From NCBI GenBank assembly GCA_043228905.1, contig JBHGNT010000982.1, forward strand, positions 1 to 13,204: a stretch of 13,204 nucleotides of DNA, read 5' to 3'. The stretch is from Azolla caroliniana (Eukaryota; Plantae; Polypodiophyta). The position numbers were made by a program, and so were the translations under genes. Below, in pieces: positions 1 to 8,558 of the stretch (its first letter is position 1; the number at the start of each line of letters is the position of its first letter). The notes below the pieces were generated by a model. It was not told the origin of the DNA. It saw only the letters and a program-made list of their open reading frames with translations, and did no database searches.

Positions 1-72
1 TCCGATTTAATTGAAATGATTGATTCAGACATTACGAATTTATTGAGGGCCAAATGGAGGAAAGGGCAGTGA
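1..72 (+). pseudogene. Possible extreme C-terminus of copia Pol (RNase H tail)
   Basis: Frame +1 reads SDLIEMIDSDITNLLRAKWRKGQ*. DLIEM resembles the xLIGM/xLLGL ending of copia Pol, and it lies ~180 bp upstream of the PPT. Too short to be sure. Confidence 0.25.
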
Positions 73-249
73 AAGAGGCACCAACACCGCGATTGCAAGG
101 GAGTTCAAAAGGGCCGCATGAGCAGACAAGCCGACCAGAAGGATCGAAGCGCGCGGAATCGAACGGGTTGAGGAGTGCGAGCGAGGCGTGAAGCCATGAG
201 AGGCCAGAGCGAAGATCCGGAAAAGCATATGGAACCTCAAGTTGAGCTT

Positions 250-258
250 GACGGGGAG
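250..258 (+). other. Polypurine tract (plus-strand primer site)
   Basis: GACGGGGAG directly abuts the TG that starts the putative LTR at 259. Confidence 0.65.
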
Positions 259-485
259 TGTTGAGAGACAAGCTCAACATTGGGTGCCGTAAACGGGTGC
301 GTAATCTAGTACGTAGACTAGGTGCATAAAACCGTACACAAAATATAGTCGTGGCGGTGTTTAAACCGAGAGGCCGTTAGAACGTTATTCCTCGTAAGGA
401 ATAGTTTTGGGAGTTAGTGTAGAAGGCTCATTTATGAGCGGTTAAGTACTGTTAGCACTTGTGTCAGCCCAATAGTCGGGGCTTG

Positions 486-491
486 TATAAA
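486..491 (+). promoter_or_regulatory. Putative LTR TATA box
   Basis: TGTATAAAAGG in mid-LTR, upstream of the pyrimidine-rich region, as in a typical U3-R layout. Confidence 0.45.
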
Positions 492-559
492 GGTGCTCAC
501 TAAGCACGAAATATGTACAGAGAAACATACAGAGATTTTTTTTAATATAGTTTTGTGTT

Positions 560-593
560 TCTGCTCTCTCTGTCTCTCTCCCTCTCTCTCTCT
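560..593. repeat. Imperfect (CT)n microsatellite within the LTR
   Basis: tctgctctctctgtctctctccctctctctctct. Confidence 0.85.
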
Positions 594-1002
594 GTGATTT
601 CTGTGTTTTACCAAACTGTCGTCCTACCGAACCGTGTACTCTGTGCTCTTACGCATACGCTTCCGCACACGTATTCTTTTCCAATTAATGACCATGTCGA
701 ATCAAATTTTTTGGTGGCTCGAACCGTAGACTCAATATTGTGATTCAATGGGTTCGAATGGACTTCATCTCCATGCCCACGAGCGTGCCATGTTTGATGT
801 GAACGTACTCCTAGCTCAAATGATAAGGGTTAACCACTTGAATGTTAAGTCAAGAAGGGTTTGAACCTTGCTTGGGGTGATGCTATGTATTATAATTTTT
901 GAACGACAACAATCAAAATATTCTAGCATCAAGCGCCTATGTAAGAATAAGAATGGGTGCATGGAAAAAGAAAAAGTGGTAGTGCACACTAAAAGAAAGC
1001 CC

Positions 1003-1276
1003 ATATTTTTTTCTAGTAGAGAAGCTCCAAAATGTTACAAAATGAAAAAGAGTGCTAGTTGTAATACTTAAGGTTCATAGATTTTGGTAGTGAAGTGGCC
1101 AAACTTTGTCAACATATAATTTATCACAAATTAGAAAATCACAATATTAATGGTTCAAATTGAAAAACACCAATATTTTTATCGAATAAAGGAGTTCCAC
1201 AATGCTATAAAATGATCAAGGGAGCTCATTGTTGGGCTCATAGATTTTGGGAGTGAAGTGCCTAGACTTTGTCAAC
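1003..1276. repeat. Degenerate direct duplication, period ~165-170 bp
   Basis: ATATTTTTT...CCAAAATGTTACAAAATGA...TCATAGATTTTGGTAGTGAAGTGGCCAAACTTTGTCAAC (~1003-1113) aligns with ATATTTTTT...CCACAATGCTATAAAATGA...TCATAGATTTTGGGAGTGAAGTGCCTAGACTTTGTCAAC (~1173-1276). Confidence 0.8.
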
Positions 1277-3302
1277 TTAGGATTTCTCACGGGGTAGCAA
1301 ACAACAAGAATGTGTGGAAGGCCTACGTTAAGTCCCCATCGTACATAACATGATTCATGAAGACATTGGCATTGACATAGACACTGAGCTAGGAAAAAGG
1401 GGGGATAGAACAAAACACCCCTTGAAGATTTAGGCCAAATGGTTGTCCTAATGTGAAAGAGGCCAAAACTCCTTGTAAAAAGTTTAAAAAGTCCTTTGTG
1501 ACTAGTTTTTCTCTCCTCTTATAACCTAAGCTAGAGTTTTCTCTTCTCATTTTCTTAACCTTTTACTTAAGCAATAGAGTAATTATGGTCAAGCTCTAAT
1601 TAATTAGAGCCTAATTACTCCTCTTGTATGTGCTTTGTGAACTCTCATATTAGTGGAGACAAATTTGACATTAATTCATATGTTGTGTGTCTTTATATAT
1701 ATGCATGTATGATTACTTTGTAAACTCTTCTTATGACTTAACTAGTTTCTTAATTAAGAGTTAACATGAGAAAGTGTGAGTGAAAGTTAGTGATGTTAGG
1801 GTTGTGAAAGTTATATAGCAATAGGGTATATGGTAGACTGAATCTATCAGCTCACAATATGGGGCAGGAGGCAAAACTTGATCGATCAATAGACGTGCTC
1901 TTGGTGTTGCACATCTTGAGACAACGTAACCTAAGAAAACAAAAGGTTTTGTAACCCACCATGAGCACCTATATGGCTCTTCTCTACCCTTTGATTATGT
2001 GTTTCACATATTACATTTCTTGAATCTCGATCATATGGTTGACCGCCTCTCATGGTTCTAACTATCACTCAGTACTTTGTTAACCTACCCAATATGGTTT
2101 CGATTGTTGACATCTCGTAAATCTCGATCATATGGTTGGCCAATCTAATAAACACCATAAGAAAGTCTAATGAGGTATATTTCATCTACAATATCTGCAA
2201 CCAACCACATATTTCTATAGAGGAAGTAAAGAAAATGCAATCTATTGTGTTGAGTTTCAAGCTTCCTTGGTTACTTAAATTTTAACCTTTAACACTTAGG
2301 TGTTCATTGAATATGTTAAATGTTCATTGTATAGCTCAAAGCTAGTGACAATAAAATTTGAGTAGTTTTTAAATATCACCCAATAGTTATTCCTTTTCCT
2401 ATAACTTGGAATGTGTTCATAGTATTTCTTTAATTATTGTGCTAAATGGACATATATATCCACAAAAATAAAATCACTCATTGGGCTCGTGGAAGGATAG
2501 AAAATTTGGTTGATGCTTTCATCCATGTCAAAATCCCAAGACCAGGGAAAAACCAATGAATAAACTTGACAGTCACAAAACAATTAATGAGAGAGCTACA
2601 TTATTCATCGTGACCTACATTATTCATCATGCTCTTTTAAAAGTAAGAGGAGGTATGAAGTTCGAGCTTTTTCAAGCCACTTTATTAGCATTTGGCTAAG
2701 CTTATTAACTCCGTCATTAGTCTTGAAAGTAAATGATGAAGCTTTGAACTATAGAAAACATAATTGTGTCTTGAATGGGCCATAGCGCAAAGTTCTTACA
2801 AATTCCTTACCAATATTTTTAGAAATGTCGATTGTACTAGTACTTGAATTTGGAAACTCTACGAAATAAGGTGTATCTTGGAAACACCAACCATTATTTA
2901 TACATAACAATTAAAAAGATTGAATACACCAATAACTATAAGTGAATATCCGGTGTGCGTTGATTATCTATATTTCTATGGGCAATCAAAGAGTACTAAA
3001 GAAATACGACTTGCCAAACCAAATATTAGAAAACAATTAGTTTGTTATATTGCTTTGCATTTCAAGGGCTTGGAAACAATAATTCAATATTAAAAAATAT
3101 CTAATTCTTATTAACAATACCTATAAATAATATGGGGAAATATTCGATGCACTTGTACCAATGCTTTGCAATAGCTAAATGAGATTTTTCTTGCATCAAG
3201 AAACATTTAGAACTTATTGTATGCAAGCAAGGGAGAATATAGAAAAATGTCTAACCTACAAAGATATATTTAGTTCATGCATATCATGCTAAGCAATGTC
3301 AA

Positions 3303-3316
3303 TTTTTTATTTTATT
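3303..3316 (-). other. LINE polyadenylation signal and residual poly(A) tail
   Basis: Minus strand reads AATAAAATAAAAAA about 55 nt after the inferred ORF2 stop at 3375-3373. Confidence 0.55.
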
Positions 3317-3372
3317 GTATTTCCAAAAACAAAACTCCTTCCATTAATTATAAAATTTTATAGTTGAGAATG

Positions 3373-4231
3373 TTATATACAAATCCAAGAAGGGACTCTA
3401 TAGTTCTATCTTATGTGGAGGCCCACTGACTCAAGAAAGGGAGAGGAAGACCATTGTTGGATGAAGGCTAATCGTTGTCTTTTTGCTCCATCGAATCCGC
3501 CCGTGATGCCATTGTGTTGGCTCTTTATTGTGGCTATAACTTCACTCCATATGTCTTGCAATAACGTTGTCTGGTGCATGGTTTGATTGGATAAGACTCG
3601 ACTACAACGTTGTTTCTATAGAGTCCATAATGTTATTGGGTTGACCAATTCCAACACGACTTGAGCTTTGGCATTGATGGGAGTTGAGTGAATATTGTCG
3701 GTGGTGGAAAACAATATCTCTTGTGCTTTTATCACCAACATCATCCCCTCTCCATGATGTTTGTAGTTGTCAATTGGGGTCTGTCATGATAACCAATATA
3801 CATTCTCCCACTTGAATGTGCCTTCCACCTGGCATAATTGCAATAGTCCGCCAACCCCCTGCCATATTTGATGGGTCTTTGGGCAATCCCACAGAGTGCA
3901 TCGAATTGATTCTATTGCATTGGGGTACATTACACAATTAGGATAGCTACAGATCCCATGTTGCCAAGCTCCAACTCGCAGTAACCTATACATGTATTAA
4001 TAATCATTTAAATGTGGTAATTCGCCTAGCTTGGTGTTGTTTCCATAATTGTTGCCAAAACTTGGCAATAGTTGTATGGGGAACATGATATGTGTCCCAT
4101 ATCTTTGCAGATGTCAATTTGAGCAACTAGGATGTGGCGGCCCAATTTGATGATGAATTGGAAGAGAGGGATGACTTTGCTTCCCTCACCTGCATAAGGA
4201 TCGTGTCACTTCCATTGCAAAGAGTCTTAAC
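3373..4231 (-). pseudogene. LINE ORF2 C-terminal part (zf-RVT zinc-binding region and tail)
   Basis: Manual translation: KFWQQLWKQHQARRITTFK*LLIH; RVGAWQHGICSYPNCVMYPNAIESIRCTLWDCPKTHQIW (track ORF 3784-3993); ITLWTL*KQRCSRVL; IR*NYRVPSWICI*. These match the W..LW/F.WLL.H, C..C...ES..H.LW.CP and LW..W..R patterns of plant L1 ORF2. Stops and frameshifts are present. Confidence 0.85.
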
Positions 4232-4433
4232 TGTTATGGGCATGACCAAAATTTATCCTGTGGTAAGTTCACACTTGTCCCTTATGGGTTGTCTCAATTC
4301 CTAGGATTCAAAGTGTGAGGGTTAATCGAGAGTGTAAGGAAGGGATGATTACTTTTAATCCGAGGAATTGAGACAACCCATAAGGGACAAGTGTGAACTT
4401 ACCACGGGATAAATTTTGGTTATGCCCGTGACA
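4232..4433. mobile_element. 202-bp foldback (MITE-like) element with 83-bp terminal inverted repeats
   Basis: Arms 4232-4314 and 4351-4433 are reverse complements with 6 mismatches in 83 bp, around a 36-bp spacer. Ends are TGT...ACA. Flanks are TTAAC (4227-4231) and TCAAC (4434-4438). Confidence 0.85.
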
Positions 4434-4640
4434 TCAACTGGCCTTACACAACCACATGTTTTCATGAGCACATATGTGCCATTCCGACTGTACTTTGATC
4501 AGATCAGTGTCTACAATCCACTTACGACCTGTATACACAAACACTCAAATTGCCATGCTCGTTGTTGTTGGTTCCTCATTGTCGCACTACTCATGCACTT
4601 GGATCTGATCTAGCGTTTTCCTACCGAATATAGGGGAGTG

Positions 4641-5730
4641 AGGAGTTAGGCCATCAATTTTGGGGCAACTATCTACATCCAACTCAAAGAGTCCCTCCCA
4701 TATATTCAATGATCAATAGGGGACGAGCAAGCCATGTGTTCATTTCAGTCGTGACTTTATAGTAAGTTGTGGCTATATTTCTCATTGCTTCTCCATCCTC
4801 ATTGGTCGAGCCTCCTCTCGGTTGAGGTTGCGCATCATTGTTTCAACATGGCTCGCTCCTTTGGATCGGAAGAATCCGTTTGTGCTTTTGAACCCTACCT
4901 GAATCCATCGAGCCATGATTCCATGAAGCGTCATGTCATAGATTGTCTTTCTTGTCATGACTCATAAGGAGTTCGTGTTTGGCCGTGGCAACCTGTCCCC
5001 CTATCCAACTGCATGATGGGTATCTCTATTGGAGTCATTGTAGGGCCATTAGTTCCTACATGGCCCTTTGTCTCTTTTCCTAAGTGTCCCTGCTTTTGGT
5101 CTTGATGATCTCGTGTAATAAATTTGAATCTTTTATTAGTTTAGATAGCAATTTCTTGGGTGATGATGAGGCACTAATGGGCAGTGACCATTGGTTGGTG
5201 AATTGTTCCTTCATCTCTGTAATGGTGCAATAGTGTGAGGGATTCAAGGTTGAAACGAACCCCACTTTCGTCACATTTGAAAATGGCCGATTATCGGGGA
5301 GTGGTCAGCGTCCCTTCGCTTTTAGTTCCTCCCCCACATAGATGTGGTCGATGCGAGCGAGGATGGGTCCACTATTCCCCGCATCTGATAGAGAGAATCA
5401 AAGAGAATCACTTTTGTGTTGGAAATTGGTTGAATGCCAAATATCACGTAAGTTAAGGTGGACACATAACTTCTCCCATTGTTTACGTTCCCCTCCTTGG
5501 AGAACTATGGGGTTGTTGTTGGCGCTATCATGAAGGGATTCAATCATATTGAAATCCCCTCCTAAGCATCATTCCTCCTCACCCGCTACTTGTTGGCGAA
5601 TACATTGAATGTTGCCCTATTTGTTTTGTTATTCAGAGCTACACATTCATGATATTCCAACCTTGCCCTCAGATGATCAACATGCAAAAATGAGCCCTTG
5701 CATGTTCCATGTTACGACATTCATGAACAT
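4641..5730 (-). pseudogene. LINE ORF2 N-terminal part: APE (EEP-family) endonuclease, linker and start of RT
   Basis: MFMNVVTWNMQGL (5730-5692), *CLGGDFNMIE (GDFN 5559-5548), LNLRDIWH, LARIDHIYV (~5361-5335), ADHSPI (~5309-5292), ARWIQVGFKSTNGFFR (~4913-4866), MRNIATTYYK, DSCPKIDGLTP (4673-4641). Confidence 0.9.
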
Positions 5731-5850
5731 GGAAGGGGGTGGGATATTACCAAGTGTTCCTAGTGCTTTGCACGGTAGGTCATGTATGGGGAGCAATCAC
5801 CATTTAGACACCCAATCATTTTCATTGATGGGCTGATGATCCATATCCAT

Positions 5851-6454
5851 TGTTATCTCCCTCTTGGAGAAACACCTTCGATTACTCCCCTGAGTAATCG
5901 GGTCAAGGAATCGTGGTTGCGTAGGAGATTAAGGTAGGGTCGAACCATTCACGATAACCGACTACAACTTATTTGCACTCATCGTCCTATAGGTTAAATA
6001 ACATAATTGAGAATAGGATTTAGAGGAGACAGACATAGAGATGACCCAAATAGTATATGTATTAACTATGAAATAGAGAAGATTACAAGAGGTAATACAG
6101 ACAGATTATAAATCGATAACTCTCTCTCTTAGTACAGGTCTTCTAACCTAGATTTTATCACTCTGGCTCGTAACATGATATTTTTTGTGTCCCTTTCCTT
6201 CTACTTCTTAACAATTTATATAGCCTATGTGTTTCAGTCACTTCCTCCTAATTCTTGGCCTTTATTCACGGCTGCTTGCATTTTGGTTTACTTTCCTCGG
6301 TTGCCAGTGTTCGGCTCGTTTCTCATTTTCATACTTGACCTACTCCTACCCTTTCACATTTTACTTTTTAAGATTCTTTCCACACCTCGTGCCTTTTGTC
6401 CCACGGATAACATCCACGAGTTGAAGTTTTGAGCTATTCACTGGAGTGTCAACA
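5851..6454 (-). mobile_element. Probable solo LTR (~604 bp) inserted near the 3' end of LINE ORF1
   Basis: Minus strand begins TGTTGACAC and ends GATAACA (TGTT...AACA). It has CTATATAAA at 6223-6215, is non-coding in character, and has LINE sequence on both sides. The TSD is only partial (TCCAT vs TCCCC). Confidence 0.65.
6215..6223 (-). promoter_or_regulatory. Putative TATA box of the solo LTR
   Basis: CTATATAAA on the minus strand, ~230 bp from the LTR 5' end. Confidence 0.45.
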
Positions 6455-8000
6455 TCCCCTTCCTATTTCCCATAAAAATAGTAAAATCCCGTATTTTCTT
6501 AATGTCTAGGACAGTCCGAAGGTGAATGTGACAGAGGTGAGGTTCCTCCTTATCGTACACCAATTTTTTGTGTTATTCCGGTTCTTCTTTAGTTCATTCA
6601 TGAGGTCGTCATCACTTGTTCCTGTTACAAAATATGTTGCTTGACTACTTAATGTATCTTTATTCTTAGACTTTGACCAGGTTTCCTGGACAGGGAGCAA
6701 TAGTGAAAAAGAGAATGAGGTCATTGTCAATCCAATTTTGCACCACCGAGAAGTGTACTCTTATTTTGTCCATTGTCTTGTGTCATATTCCTAGCCATTT
6801 CCAGGCTTCTTGTAGGCGTGGTTTAGTGTACCAGCTAGAGATATCACGATCAATGACATCTGGTATGGCTATGATTTGAGGGGTGCCATTCAAGCTAGCA
6901 ACCTTGTTTGTTGCTTCTCCATTTGATGCATTCATGCTAAAGCTCCTCATTAATGGCATAACGTGACTTATCCTTCTTGGAGTCCTTATTTTGCCAACTT
7001 TAGTTAGAACTTTCTTTTGAGTGCTTATTGTCACCTTAGGCGTTTCCTTGGGGCTTGAGAAGGTAGTAGGGGAATGTTCATCAATGGGTCTAAGACCTCT
7101 TGTAGTAGATCAAAATGATTGGGACTTAGAGGAGAGGGAGGACTGTGTGATTGTGGTGTTTTGCATAGGGTGTGGGTTTTTCCCACCGCTTGCCATTCCA
7201 TTAGATCCTTATTGGGCCATGGTGGGGGAGGATTCTTATGCCCTATGGTGTCACGACCTTCCAAGGCCTCCTAGGGGGAATCTTTAACAACCAAAGTAGG
7301 GTTCTTTGTGCCATACATCCCTTGCTCCTCTCGAGAGGTCATTCTCATGGGGCAATTCATTTTTACATGACAAAATTGTTTGCATTTGAAACATTGCCCA
7401 AGTGCGCCAATCATCTCTATTCGTTGTTCAAAACACGTGCGTTTTTACCAGGAATGAGGATTTTTGGATGGAAGCTTATCGATGTCCTGCACTAAAAGTT
7501 GCACAGGTGTGGGGCCTAAATTATTCTTTAGCCTATTTACTAACGTTAGTTCCACCTCCAACATCATCCTGAGGGAATTTCCAATAGTGGGAAGTCACAT
7601 GTTGTATTCCATAGATAAACTAGGAAACAACATCGTTACTTTGTTCATCGAGTCCTCCTATTGTGCGGCGTCCATTGGGTTAAAATCATGTATTCATTTA
7701 CGCATAAACATCCATGTGTTTCAAACGTGGCAGAGGGACATTTCTATGAGTTTCATTGTGGAGTCCTTGTCCTCTAGGAAGATTTGATAAAACCCCTTAC
7801 TCCTTACTAAGTGGTTGCATTTCCCTTATTCCCCTATTTGTGAGTGGTATTTTACTTGCAACATATCTCGAAGTAGTCATTTGTTCAGGCGTGCTCCCAT
7901 CACACAGCTTATGACCACTATTACTCAATGTAGTCTAGGTCTATCTCCTTCTCAAGTAGCAACATCTCCTCGTTAGTGAATATGATCTCAACTAGGAGAG
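6455..8000 (-). pseudogene. LINE ORF1 (DUF4283/RRM-like region, CCHC zinc knuckle, long C-terminal extension); probably continues at 5850-5797
   Basis: VVISCVMGARLNK*LLRDMLQ (~7918-7857); KGFYQIFLED...FMRK*IHDFNP (7798-7676); VTMLFPSLSMEY...IGNSL; CFKCKQFCHVKMNCP (CX2CX4HX4C, 7393-7352); WQAVGK and PNHFDLL (track ORF 7031-7264), both typical L1 ORF1 tail motifs. Start codon not identified. Confidence 0.85.
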
Positions 8001-8291
8001 CATTACCTAGGTTGTTCTAGTCTTGCACCTGGAGCTTTCCCTCTTGATGAGCGAATGTGAAGTGTGTGTTGGATTGTGGCGATGAGAGATTTCTATAATT
8101 ATTTAGATGTTTTTTAATTGATTTTTTTTTTTTAATAGTTATTTAGTCAAGTATTTTTTATTTTATTTTTAGCTTATACATTAATTTATGCATTTATTAT
8201 TATTTAAAATTATTAATTCTTCTCTTCTTCTTCTTCTATAGAGTCGGAAAAAGGGGGAGGGGAGAGAGTCGAGGAAAGAGAAGAGCATGGC

Positions 8292-8347
8292 CGAAGAAAT
8301 CAGAAACAAAGAAGGAGAATAGTCGAAGAAATCAGAAACAAAGAAGG
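8292..8347. repeat. Perfect 24-bp direct repeat, period 32
   Basis: CGAAGAAATCAGAAACAAAGAAGG at 8292-8315 and 8324-8347. Confidence 0.95.
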
Positions 8348-8558
8348 CTGGCGGCTTAAGACGGCAGAGGTGTGATCAGGTCATGGAGCGGAGTATCGCG
8401 CAGGGGAGAAACGGACGCTGCACTTGGACCTGCTCCTGCTTCTTGGTCTGACAGGTCATGAATCTACTAAGGATTCATTCGATGTCAAAAATTTAATTAG
8501 TTGGGAAAATCCACTGAACCTTTTGAAACCAAAATTCTCGTGTAAAACACTCGTGATC

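Larger units (their letters stand above)
1..737 (+). mobile_element. 3' end of a Ty1/copia-like LTR retrotransposon (end of internal region, PPT and 3' LTR), truncated by the window edge
   Basis: GAGCTTGACGGGGAG|TGTTGAG at 244-265 matches the common copia PPT/LTR junction (AGCTTGAGGGGGAG|TGTT). A TATA box and CT-rich tract follow, then CTCAATA at 731-737, a 6/7 inverted match to TGTTGAG. CpG is retained. Confidence 0.7.
259..737 (+). repeat. 3' long terminal repeat (~479 bp)
   Basis: Begins TGTTGAG and ends CTCAATA (CTCAACA with one C>T). Contains TATAAA at 486-491 and a CT tract at 560-593. The partner LTR is outside the window. Confidence 0.65.
3303..8090 (-). mobile_element. Decayed L1-clade LINE (non-LTR retrotransposon) with internal deletions and two nested insertions
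   Basis: Collinear minus-strand motifs in canonical order: ORF1 DUF4283-like region, CX2CX4HX4C knuckle, APE endonuclease motifs, linker, start of RT (CPxIDGLT), zf-RVT, then AATAAA and an A-rich tail. The 5' boundary is approximate, set by the compositional switch near 8090. Confidence 0.9.

Noticed and set aside
1391-1406. AGGAAAAAGGGGGGGA as a polypurine tract
   Set aside because: Not followed by a TG LTR start and no internal retroelement sequence upstream.
32-1413. Short ORFs at 32-280, 40-240, 432-614, 555-743, 816-1004, 868-1071 and 1216-1413
   Set aside because: 60-82 aa, no recognisable motifs, several driven by the CT/GA repeat, and they overlap LTR or repeat DNA.
2023-2138. 19-bp direct repeat AATCTCGATCATATGGTTG (2023-2041, 2120-2138) as CRISPR or element boundary
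   Set aside because: Only two copies in eukaryotic-type DNA, with no TIRs inside; likely a local duplication.
4416-7787. Plus-strand ORFs (e.g. 4767-4967, 5235-5456, 5609-5836, 6175-6432, 7021-7287, 7464-7787) as genes
   Set aside because: They are antisense shadows of the LINE ORFs or lie within the LTR; the conserved motifs are on the minus strand.
6455-8000. Gag region of an LTR retrotransposon attached to the 5851-6454 LTR
   Set aside because: The CCHC knuckle comes with DUF4283-like and L1 ORF1 motifs and is collinear with an APE endonuclease. No protease or integrase motifs were seen.
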